A stretch of 32,000 nt of DNA from the NCBI GenBank assembly GCA_000091165.1, contig FP565575.1, positions 1,380,001 through 1,412,000 on the forward strand, read 5' to 3'. Below are positions 1 to 8,441 of this stretch, one piece after another. The translations under genes were made by a program, and so were the position numbers. A model generated the notes under the pieces. The model had not been told where the DNA came from and made no database searches. It worked only from the letters and a program-made list of their open reading frames with translations. Source of the stretch: Candidatus Methylomirabilis oxygeniifera. GTDB lineage: Bacteria; Methylomirabilota; Methylomirabilia; Methylomirabilales; Methylomirabilaceae. Numbering within the stretch: the stretch's first letter is position 1; every line of letters begins with the position of its first letter.

Positions 1-1
1 A

Positions 2-982
2 TCGGGTGGAGCAGGCCGACCCCTGCTCCCTGATGTACTCGATCTTCGTCTTGTCAGAGTGCAGCCACTCCGGTACGGTGAGAACCCGCACCAGCAGGCT
101 GCCCTGTATGGCAACCTCCTTGCCGGCGAGCCGTCTGTGGTGCGGGCGAAGCAGCTTCAGGGGAAGGAACTGTCGTTTAATAATCTGCTGGACCTCGATG
201 CGGCCTTTACGACGGCTGGAGGATTCGACGAGCCTGTCGCCGTCATTGTCAAACATTCGAATCCCTGCGGTGTCGGTATCGGTTCCCGGCTGAGCGAGGC
301 GTATCGGCGCGCCCTGGCTGCGGATCCGACCTCGGCCTTCGGCGGAATCCTCAGCCTGAACCGCCAGGTGGATGCCGAGACTGCGCGCGAACTCGCCGCC
401 ACCTTCGTGGAAGCGATTATTGCTCCAGGGTACCATGAAGCTGCGCTCGCCATTCTGAAGGACAAGAAAGCGCTTCGGCTTTTACAGATTGAGCCGTGGT
501 CGGACCCAACGCCCTCCGATCAGGCGGTCCTGGAGCTGCGGCCGATCGTAGGTGGGATGTTGGCGCAGCAACGTGACCAGGTCGATCTCGACCCAGCCAC
601 TCTCCGGATCATGACCCGCCGTCAGCCCACTGACACTGAAATGCGGGCGCTTCGGTTTGCCTGGAAGGTGGCGAAGCATGTGAAGTCAAACGCGATCGTC
701 CTTTCGCGCGAGTATGCCACAGTAGGAATCGGCGCCGGGCAAATGAGCCGCGTTGACGCCTGTCGATTGGCCATCATGAAGGCCGTCTCATCCACGAAGG
801 GAACGGTCCTCGCATCCGACGCTTTCTTTCCGTTTCGAGACGGAGTGGATGTGGCGGCGGAGGCCGGCGTCACCGCGATTATCCAACCTGGCGGCTCCAT
901 CCGCGATGCTGAGGCCGTTCAAGCGGCGGATGAGGCCGGCATCGCGATGGTCTTCACCGGGATTCGACACTTCCGACACTAA
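2..982 (+). CDS. purH: Bifunctional AICAR formyltransferase/IMP cyclohydrolase, C-terminal part (5' end outside window)
   Basis: Frame is open from base 2. Motifs QPLRYGENPHQQAALYG, FNNLLDLDAA, VKHSNPCGVG, SDAFFPFRDGVD and IIQPGGSIRDAE are typical of the AICAR transformylase domain. TAA-type end after IRHFRH. Confidence 0.96.
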   Translation, partial: SGGAGRPLLPDVLDLRLVRVQPLRYGENPHQQAALYGNLLAGEPSVVRAKQLQGKELSFNNLLDLDAAFTTAGGFDEPVAVIVKHSNPCGVGIGSRLSEAYRRALAADPTSAFGGILSLNRQVDAETARELAATFVEAIIAPGYHEAALAILKDKKALRLLQIEPWSDPTPSDQAVLELRPIVGGMLAQQRDQVDLDPATLRIMTRRQPTDTEMRALRFAWKVAKHVKSNAIVLSREYATVGIGAGQMSRVDACRLAIMKAVSSTKGTVLASDAFFPFRDGVDVAAEAGVTAIIQPGGSIRDAEAVQAADEAGIAMVFTGIRHFRH

Positions 983-985
983 ATA

Positions 986-1067
986 CAGGGTTCAGGATAT
1001 AGGGTGTAGGGAAAAACTAAGGCTTTGCGTCTACCCTAGACCCTAAACCCAACACCCTATACTCTTA
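986..1067. repeat. Degenerate 7-bp tandem repeats in two inverted blocks in the purH-purD spacer
   Basis: CAGGGTT CAGGATA TAGGGTG TAGGGAA (986-1013), then ACCCTAG ACCCTAA ACCCAAC ACCCTAT ACTCTTA (1033-1067). Perfect 10-nt inverted repeat TATAGGGTGT (998-1007)/ACACCCTATA (1052-1061). Confidence 0.9.
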
Positions 1068-1076
1068 GGGGGGTGC

Positions 1077-2354
1077 ATGCAGATTCTTGTGATCGGCTCT
1101 GGCGGCCGGGAACACGCGCTCGTATGGAAGATCGCTCAGAGCTCGAAGGCTACGAAGATCTGGGCCGCGCCGGGAAACGCCGGGATGGGCAATGTGGCCG
1201 AGTGCGTCCGGATCAGCGCCTCCGACATCCGGCTCCTGGCCGACTTTGCCGAACGGGAACGGATCGATCTCACCGTTGTGGGGCCGGAGCTCCCGCTCAC
1301 CCTCGGTATTGTGGATGAATTCGAGCGCCGCGGCCTTCGCATCTTCGGACCGCGGAAAGATGCCGCCATCGTCGAGGGGAGCAAGGTCTTCGCCAAAAGT
1401 TTCATGAAGAAGCATCATATCCCTACCGGCTTTTTCCAGACATTCGACCGACCAGACGAGGCCAAGCGATATATTAAAGAGATCGGCGCCCCCCTGGTCG
1501 TGAAGGCCGATGGTCTGGCGGCAGGAAAGGGTGTCATCGTCTGCTTCGAGTTAGCCGAAGCCCTGGATGCGGTCGAGAAGATCATGGAAGAGCGCCTCTT
1601 CGGCGACGCCGGTGAGCGGATTGTCGTTGAGGAGTATCTGGAGGGAGAAGAGATTTCCTTCCACGCGTTGACTGATGGAGACGCCGTCTTGCCGCTGGCG
1701 TCGTCTCAGGATCATAAGCGCGTGTTCAATGATGATCAGGGTCCTAATACGGGCGGCATGGGCGCCTACTCTCCCGCACCGATCATCACCGAGTCGATGC
1801 AAAAGCAGATCATGGATCGGATTATGATCCCGGCTATCACAGGGATGGCGACCGAAGGGCGACCATATAAAGGTGTTCTGTATGCCGGTCTGATGATCAG
1901 TACGGGCGGGATCAAGGTACTCGAGTTTAACGCGAGACTCGGCGATCCCGAGGCACAGGCGCTGCTCCTGCGGATGAAATCCGACCTGATTCCGCTGCTG
2001 GAGGCAGTCGTAGACGGCCGATTGCGGGACCAGACGATCGACTGGAAGCCGGATGCGAGCGTCTGTGTCGTCATGGCCTCAAAGGGCTATCCCGGCTCAT
2101 ACGATCAGGGCACCCCAATCGCCGGCCTCGAGGAAGCGGATGCCGAACCCGGCGTTATGATCTTCCACGCCGGGACAAGCCGGATGCACGACCAAATCTG
2201 TACAGGCGGAGGACGGGTCCTGGGTATCACCGGCCTCGGGCGAGACATCCAGGGGGCGATCGCGACCACCTACCGGGCAGTGAAGAAGATCCATTGGGAG
2301 GGCGTACACTACAGGACCGACATCGGTGGTCGCGCTCTCGCCAACGTCTCTTAA
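1077..2354 (+). CDS. purD: Phosphoribosylamine-glycine ligase
   Basis: Full-length 425 aa ORF starting MQILVIGSGGREHALVWK, with GPEAPLT-like GPELPLT, KADGLAAGKGV and NARLGDPE motifs. Confidence 0.97.
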   Translation: MQILVIGSGGREHALVWKIAQSSKATKIWAAPGNAGMGNVAECVRISASDIRLLADFAERERIDLTVVGPELPLTLGIVDEFERRGLRIFGPRKDAAIVEGSKVFAKSFMKKHHIPTGFFQTFDRPDEAKRYIKEIGAPLVVKADGLAAGKGVIVCFELAEALDAVEKIMEERLFGDAGERIVVEEYLEGEEISFHALTDGDAVLPLASSQDHKRVFNDDQGPNTGGMGAYSPAPIITESMQKQIMDRIMIPAITGMATEGRPYKGVLYAGLMISTGGIKVLEFNARLGDPEAQALLLRMKSDLIPLLEAVVDGRLRDQTIDWKPDASVCVVMASKGYPGSYDQGTPIAGLEEADAEPGVMIFHAGTSRMHDQICTGGGRVLGITGLGRDIQGAIATTYRAVKKIHWEGVHYRTDIGGRALANVS

Positions 2355-2413
2355 CAACGGGGCAGCGTACTCTATAGAGGGACTGCTGAAAGCAAGACGA
2401 AAAGGAGCAACAG

Positions 2414-2938
2414 GTGATCACTGATGACCGCATGGCAACGCACCCCATTGTCGGGATCGTGATGGGCAGCGACTCCGACCTGGCAGTGATGGAACTGACC
2501 GGTAAAACGCTGGAACGGTTTGGGATTCTGTTCGAGTTCAAGATCTCCTCCGCTCATCGTTCTCTTGACGCAACGCTGGACTATATCCGGAAGGCTGAGA
2601 CGCGAGGGATCCAGGTGATCATCGCAGGGGCCGGGGCTGCGGCTCATCTCGCCGGCGTGATCGCGGGCCAAACAACGCTTCCGGTCATCGGCGTTCCACT
2701 GGCTTCAAGTTCGCTGAAGGGGCTTGACGCGCTTCTTTCCGTGGTCCAGATGCCTGGAGGTGTTCCTGTTGCGACTATGGCTATCGGCGAAGCGGGGGCG
2801 AAGAACGCTGCCATCCTAGCCGTACGAATTTTGGCGCTGTCGGATGATGCCCTCCGGCACAAGCTCCAATCCTTCAAGGAAGCTCTGGCCTCTGAAGTGG
2901 AGGAAAAAGATCGCACACTCCAAAAGCGCCTTTCCTGA
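2414..2938 (+). CDS. purE: 5-(carboxyamino)imidazole ribonucleotide mutase
   Basis: [35 protein letters not shown] and [23 protein letters not shown] motifs. The start may be the internal ATG at about 2432. Confidence 0.95.
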   Translation: MITDDRMATHPIVGIVMGSDSDLAVMELTGKTLERFGILFEFKISSAHRSLDATLDYIRKAETRGIQVIIAGAGAAAHLAGVIAGQTTLPVIGVPLASSSLKGLDALLSVVQMPGGVPVATMAIGEAGAKNAAILAVRILALSDDALRHKLQSFKEALASEVEEKDRTLQKRLS

Positions 2939-3011
2939 GCTTCCCCTACCACAGACTCATTGTGCCGGGGAATCGTTCGCGGATTGGGCGCATCCGACAA
3001 CTCGACGGCAG

Positions 3012-4534
3012 GTGTCGCTGTTATTTCTTCTCTTCCTGTGTTTTATCACCGCCTTTCACCTCTGGTTCATCAGCTCAGGTCGATTGAATCTGGCGCCCGA
3101 TGAAGCGCACTACTGGATCTGGTCGAAGCGACTGGACTGGAGCTACTACAGTAAAGGGCCGGTAGTGGCCTACCTGATCGCCCTGTCCACGCGGATGGGG
3201 GGCGATACTGAATTCTTCGTCCGGCTCCCGGCGGTCCTTCTGGCGAGCGGAACGGTCATCCTTACGTTCCTGTTGGCAGTTCGGCTCTGTCGCTCCAGTT
3301 GGGCAGGCTTGGAAGCGGTGTTGCTCCTCGCCGCCATGCCGCTCGCCGAAGCGGGTTCGATGTTAATGACGATCGACGCACCGCTGGTCTTTTTCTGGTC
3401 TCTTACGCTGCTGCTGATCTATCGCGCGCTTACGACGGACGGTAGCGGCTGGTGGCTGCTCGCTGGGATCAGCCTCGGGCTTGGGCTGCTCAGTAAATAT
3501 ACCATGGCAGTCATCGTACCGCAGACGTTCCTCTACCTGACATTGTCCCGAACTCATCGGTTCTGGTTGCAACGGCCGGGTCCCTACCTTGCGCTCGGGG
3601 TAGGACTCCTCCTTTTTACCCCTGTCATATATTGGAACGTCACGCACGGCATGGTCTCATTCCGTCACCTCCTGGAACAGCTTGGAGGGGGAAAAGATAC
3701 GGTGATACCACTGAAGAGTTTGGGAGAATTTGTGGCATCTCAGGCGGGTGTGGTCACCCCCGTCTGTTCCTTGTAGTCATGATCGGGCTCTGGGAGGTCG
3801 GACGGGCCGCATTTACCCGACCAGGTGATCAGGCGGCGCTTTTTCTCTTTTGCGCTGCGGTACCCCTGCTGGCCGCGTGCCTCATCACCAGCCTGTGGAC
3901 AAAGGTTCAGGGGAACTGGGCCGCACCGGCCTATGTCGCTGCTGCCATAGCCGTTGCCAAGTGGCGGCTGGGCTCATCTGCTCATAGCGTCTCTACCTGG
4001 CGATGGACACGCAGTCGCACGCTGTTCGTCGGCGCGTTAGCGACCGGGTTCCTTGTCAGCACCATCGGCCACTTTCCGCATGCGCTGGCCTCGGTTGGGC
4101 TGCCGCTTCCCGCGAAGCTCGATCTGACTAAACGCCTCAGAGGATGGGCAGAGCTCGGCGCGCAGGTCAGCGCCGTCTATCAAGAGATGAGTCGGAGCAA
4201 ACCGACATTCGTCTTCAGCGATCGGTATCAGATTGCCAGTGAGGTCATGTTCTATGTGCCGGCCCACCCGAATACCTATAACATCCAGCTCGGGCGGCGC
4301 ATGAATCAGTTTGACGTATGGGGAGGGACTGAAGAGGTTCGAGGTTGGGACGCCATCTTTGTGGCGGACCGACCAGACCTGCCCGATGCGGTTCTCCGCT
4401 CATTTGATGAGGTACAACCAGAGCGGCCAACTCATCTATCGGGTAGCGGACAGTCGCACAGCCTTCACTCGTGGTCGATCTTCCGCTGCTATGGTTTCCG
4501 GGGATTCCCTCCGGCTCAGCAGCTCGGGTATTAG
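3012..4534 (+). CDS. ArnT/PMT-like (GT39-type) membrane glycosyltransferase, coding frame disrupted at about 3757-3762
   Basis: The first part (frame of ORF 2844-3776) has the [24 protein letters not shown] motif and many TM helices. The second part (frame of ORF 3632-4534) continues with [11 protein letters not shown]..., [13 protein letters not shown] and [25 protein letters not shown] at 3012 is a plausible start. Merging the two frames needs a 1-nt correction. Confidence 0.75.
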
Positions 4535-5560
4535 ATGCGGGACGCCTTACCTCCATACGCTTTGAGCAACGATCTTCAGCGAACGCCGTGGCTGTCTATC
4601 GTCATCCCCTTTTGTAACGAGGAAGACAATGTCCGTCCCCTCCATGAACAGATCGTTGTCGCGTTAGACGGTCTTGGACAGTTGTATGAGGTGGTCGCCG
4701 TCGATGATGGCAGCACCGATCGGACACTCAGCCTCCTGGAGGCAACCGCGAAGGTTGACTTACGATGGAAGGTGATCGCGCTCAGACGAAACTTCGGCCA
4801 GACTGCCGCCATGTCTGCCGGCTTTGACCACGCGACAGGCGACGTGATCGTGACTCTCGACGGAGATCTTCAGAACGATCCGGCCGATATCCCGAGGCTG
4901 TTGGAGTTCATTAACGACTACGACGTGGTCAGCGGTTGGAGGGCCGATCGCAAGGATCCCTTCCTTTCAAGGCGGCTCCCCTCTATGCTTGCAAACTGGC
5001 TCATCTCCGTCACGACCGGCGTACGGCTTCATGACTACGGATGCACCCTGAAGGCGTATCGACGGGTGGTTGTAGAGAATCTCAGGCTCTACGGTGAGTT
5101 GCATCGGTTTATCCCCGCGATTGCCAGTTGGATGGGGATCGCCATCGCCGAGGTAAAGACGCACCACCATCCCAGACGGTACGGACGCTCGAAATACTCC
5201 ATCGTTCGAACGGTGCGGGTGCTACTGGATCTGATCGCCGTAAAATTCCTGCTCCGATTCAGCACCTCTCCGATTCAGATCTTCGGCGGGTTGGGGCTCG
5301 CCGTCGGCACCACTGGCGGAGGGCTGCTCCTGTATCTGGCCGGCCTCAAACTGCTCATGGACCAGTCGATTGGCGGGCGACCGCTCTTACTGCTTGCAAT
5401 CCTCCTGCTGATTCTTGGAGTACAACTGGTAGGCATGGGACTGCTGGGTGAAATGGTGGCGCGGGTCTACCATGAGACGCAACGCAAACCGATCTACATG
5501 GTTCAGCGGATCATCCATGGGGTGAAGACTGAAGGAGGCGACAGTGGCCTCGGCCAATAA
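4535..5560 (+). CDS. Family 2 glycosyltransferase, dolichyl-/undecaprenyl-phosphate glycosyltransferase type (DPM1/GtrB-like)
   Basis: WLSIVIPFCNEEDNVRPL, VDDGSTDRT, RRNFGQTAAMSAGFDHATGDVIVTLDGDLQNDPADIP, and two C-terminal TM segments. Confidence 0.93.
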   Translation: MRDALPPYALSNDLQRTPWLSIVIPFCNEEDNVRPLHEQIVVALDGLGQLYEVVAVDDGSTDRTLSLLEATAKVDLRWKVIALRRNFGQTAAMSAGFDHATGDVIVTLDGDLQNDPADIPRLLEFINDYDVVSGWRADRKDPFLSRRLPSMLANWLISVTTGVRLHDYGCTLKAYRRVVVENLRLYGELHRFIPAIASWMGIAIAEVKTHHHPRRYGRSKYSIVRTVRVLLDLIAVKFLLRFSTSPIQIFGGLGLAVGTTGGGLLLYLAGLKLLMDQSIGGRPLLLLAILLLILGVQLVGMGLLGEMVARVYHETQRKPIYMVQRIIHGVKTEGGDSGLGQ

Positions 5561-6518
5561 GTCCGTCGCCGTAACGTGGCAGTTCTGGCTGAAGCTCGTC
5601 GTAAGCTTCGCGCTGCTGTCTTTGCTCCTATTCAAAACAGACCTGCAGGCTCTCGGCAGTCTCTTCCGCTCCCTGCGTATCCCGATCTTTTTCGGATCCG
5701 TTCTCCTCTATCTGGTGACGCAGTTGCTCAGCACGATGCGCTGGAGGTGTCTACTGCAGGCCGAGAAGATCCGCCTCCCCTTCTGGCGTCTCACCCTGCT
5801 GTATTACGAGGGGATGTTCTTCAACCTGATGCTGCCCACCGCGATCGGCGGCGATCTGGTTCGGGGCTATCAGGTTTCGCAACTGACTGACCGACGCGAG
5901 GCATCGTTGGCCTCCATCCTCGTGGAACGGCTCTCCGGTTTTGCGGCTCTCGCCATCATCGCCTGCATCGCCATCATCCCCGCATATGCGCACGTGAACG
6001 ATCCGCTTATCGTCTGGGCGACAGCCGCCTCGGCGGCAGGGATGGTCGCCCTTATCGCGTCACTCCTAAGCGATCGACTTCAGGCGTTGTTCTTCAGGCT
6101 GCTTCATGGCGTAGGCCTTGGAAGATTTCACGATACTCTCCATCGGCTGTACGAAGCAGTCCAACGGTACTGGACCCACCGGAGCACCCTTGTGCTGGCG
6201 TTGGGGCTCTCATTGATCTTGCAGTCGCTGGTGATCACAATCTTTTACCTGATCTCGCTGGCGCTCAACCTGTCCGTCCCTTTCCGCTATTTTTTTCTGT
6301 TCGTCCCGTTGATGAGCGTGGTGTCGATGCTGCCGATCTCGATTGCGGGTTTGGGGCTCAGGGAAGGGAGCGCCGTATATCTTTTTACGAAGGTCGGCAT
6401 GGATACCGCCGGCGCGCTCAGTCTGTCGTTGCTATGGTTTGCCGTAACGGCCCTCTGCAGCAGTTTGGGGGGGATCGTATTTCTGGCCGGTCACTCACGG
6501 CACCGGATAGAGCCGTAA
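5544..6518 (+). CDS. Lysylphosphatidylglycerol synthase TM-region/flippase-like integral membrane protein (UPF0104 type)
   Basis: Multi-TM ORF with NLMLPTAIGGDLVRGYQ, ILVERLSGF and PISIAGLGLREGSAVYLF motifs. Overlaps the end of the GT2 gene. Confidence 0.9.
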   Translation: MASANKSVAVTWQFWLKLVVSFALLSLLLFKTDLQALGSLFRSLRIPIFFGSVLLYLVTQLLSTMRWRCLLQAEKIRLPFWRLTLLYYEGMFFNLMLPTAIGGDLVRGYQVSQLTDRREASLASILVERLSGFAALAIIACIAIIPAYAHVNDPLIVWATAASAAGMVALIASLLSDRLQALFFRLLHGVGLGRFHDTLHRLYEAVQRYWTHRSTLVLALGLSLILQSLVITIFYLISLALNLSVPFRYFFLFVPLMSVVSMLPISIAGLGLREGSAVYLFTKVGMDTAGALSLSLLWFAVTALCSSLGGIVFLAGHSRHRIEP

Positions 6519-6535
6519 ATGGGAAATCCTGGGCC

Positions 6536-6634
6536 TGTCTGGTCCGTCTGGTTTATTTCGTTGGAGAACCAGACCAACCAGACAAACCCAATAGACCCAA
6601 TCAACTCGATAGACTCGATAGACGCAATAGACAC
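6536..6634. repeat. 9-bp degenerate tandem repeat array with an imperfect inverted repeat
   Basis: Units AACCAGACC AACCAGACA AACCCAATA GACCCAATC AACTCGATA GACTCGATA GACGCAATA GACAC at 6567-6634. The left arm TGTCTGGTCCGTCTGGTT (6536-6553) pairs with 6567-6584 at 16 of 18 positions. Confidence 0.93.
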
Positions 6635-6648
6635 TTTCTGAGGAAACG

Positions 6649-7260
6649 ATGTCTATTTCGCTATGGCTGGAGAGACTGCGAGGGTGGGATGAAGCCGGAT
6701 TCTATCTGATTAACCGAAGCCTGCAGAATCCGTTCTTTGACCTCCTGATGCCGTTCGTCAGCAACAAATGGAACTTCGCCCTCCCGGTGGCGGTCCTGCT
6801 TGGGTACATATTGCTCTTTCGTCCGAAACGGGATCGGATCATCGCCCTGTCCACCATTGCGGTGATTCTGCTGACCGATGAAACGAGCCAACTCTTAAAG
6901 GACTTGTTCGAACGAACCAGACCATTTCATCCTCTCAGGGATATCACTCGTCCTGTCTCGTTTTCTTTTCCCTCAAACCACGCCAGCAACATGTTTGCCT
7001 TGGCTGTGTTTCTCTCCTATAATTATTCACGATCAGGGTGGCTGTGTTTCCCTGTAGCGGCTCTCGTCGGATATTCCAGAATCTATGTCGGCTCACATTA
7101 TCCGTTTGATGTGCTGGGCGGCGCGCTCTGGGGAGTCATGGTCGGACTTCTCGGCGCCGTAGCGGTCCGGCGTCTTATGCGGATGGCGGGAGCCCGGCAT
7201 ACGAGTCCGGCAGGAGATGAGAAAGACCGCCCTGCCGGCGAGCCGGAAACCTTCCAGTAG
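6649..7260 (+). CDS. PAP2 superfamily phosphatase
   Basis: KDLFERTRPF, SFPSNHASNMFA and SRIYVGSHYPFDVLGGALWG match the three PAP2 signature motifs. Confidence 0.93.
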   Translation: MSISLWLERLRGWDEAGFYLINRSLQNPFFDLLMPFVSNKWNFALPVAVLLGYILLFRPKRDRIIALSTIAVILLTDETSQLLKDLFERTRPFHPLRDITRPVSFSFPSNHASNMFALAVFLSYNYSRSGWLCFPVAALVGYSRIYVGSHYPFDVLGGALWGVMVGLLGAVAVRRLMRMAGARHTSPAGDEKDRPAGEPETFQ

Positions 7261-7279
7261 CGCCTTAAGGAGATTACGA

Positions 7280-8329
7280 ATGGGTGACCAACAGATTCGA
7301 CTGACGTCCTTGTCGCATGGAGCCGGCTGAGCGTGCAAAATCAGCCCTGCTGATCTGGCCCAGGTCCTGGGCCGGCTTCCACGATTTGACGATCCACGCA
7401 TCCTTGTGGGGGCAGAGACCTCCGATGACGCGGCCGTCTACCAATTGGACAGTGGGCAGGCGATCGTCCAGACCGTAGATTACATCACACCGGTAGTAGA
7501 TGATCCGTATAGCTGTGGCCTGATTGCCGCCGCCAACTCGCTGAGCGACATCTACGCGATGGGCGCAACGCCTCTGTTCGCTCTCAACATCGTCGGTTTT
7601 CCGATCGGATCGCTCTCGCTGAGCATCCTTGGAGAGATCCTTCGCGGCGGCGCCGATAAAGTTCGCGAGGCGGACACCCCAATTATCGGAGGACACAGCA
7701 TCGACGACCCGGAACCAAAATATGGCCTCGTGGTAACTGGACTGATCGACCCTGCGAAGATCTTAAAAAACTCGACCGCCCGCATCGGGGATGATCTCGT
7801 GTTGACCAAACCGCTTGGCATCGGGATCATCACCACCGCTATCAAGCGCGGCAAGGCCACCCAACCGACCATCGATGCCGCCATCGAGCTGATGGCTACA
7901 CTGAATAAAAGCGCATCGGAAGCTATGGTGGCGATCGGCGCGCACGCCTGTACGGATGTCACCGGGTTTGGACTGCTGGGGCACCTGCACGAGATGACCG
8001 TGGGGAGCAAGGCTGGAGCGCGGGTGTCGCTCTCAAAGGTCCCGATTCTCCCTGACGCCTGGGATTTGATCCACGAGGGGATCTGTCCGGGCGGGACACA
8101 ACGTAACTATGAATCGTTGGACGGAGCCATCGTCTGGAATCCAGGGATTCGCGACGAGGCCCAAATGATCCTGTGCGATGCCCAGACCTCCGGCGGCCTT
8201 CTGATCGCTGTCCCGAAGGATAAGACGGCAGCCTTGATTCAGCGTTTGAGAGAGCGTAAGACGCCAGTCGCCGCGCTGATTGGCGAAATCGTCGAGGATC
8301 CGACTGGTCGTATCTGGGTGGAACCGTAG
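7280..8329 (+). CDS. selD: Selenide, water dikinase (selenophosphate synthetase), selenocysteine-containing, UGA recoded at 7328-7330
   Basis: ATG 7280 is preceded by AAGGAG (7267-7272). The conceptual product is [57 protein letters not shown]..., in frame with ORF 7406-8329. SHGAG-C/U-xCK is the SelD N-terminal catalytic motif, and codon 17 is the catalytic position. Confidence 0.93.
7340..7373 (+). promoter_or_regulatory. Candidate bacterial SECIS element downstream of the selD UGA
   Basis: Perfect hairpin GGCCCAG-GUC-CUGGGCC (7357-7363/7367-7373), with the first loop base G about 33 nt after the UGA. An additional 6-bp hairpin ATCAGC-CCT-GCTGAT lies at 7340-7354. Confidence 0.6.
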
Positions 8330-8441
8330 CCGGTGATAGGTAAATAGACTGAGGACTAAAGGCTTTTAGGGGTAGGAACCGAGAAGATCGTAGATAGCTC
8401 GATTCGTGCCTTGCGAACAGATCCGTCGGCTGAAGATATGG

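Noticed and set aside
7406-8329. selD taken as starting at GTG 7406
   Set aside because: It would lack the conserved catalytic SHGAG-C/U-xCK motif, which is present directly upstream in the same frame with a good ribosome-binding site and ATG at 7280.
8330-8441. Convergent selD/beta-propeller intergenic region checked for a bidirectional terminator
   Set aside because: Only a very weak AAAGGCTTTTAG-type inverted repeat was seen, with no stable GC stem and U-tract.
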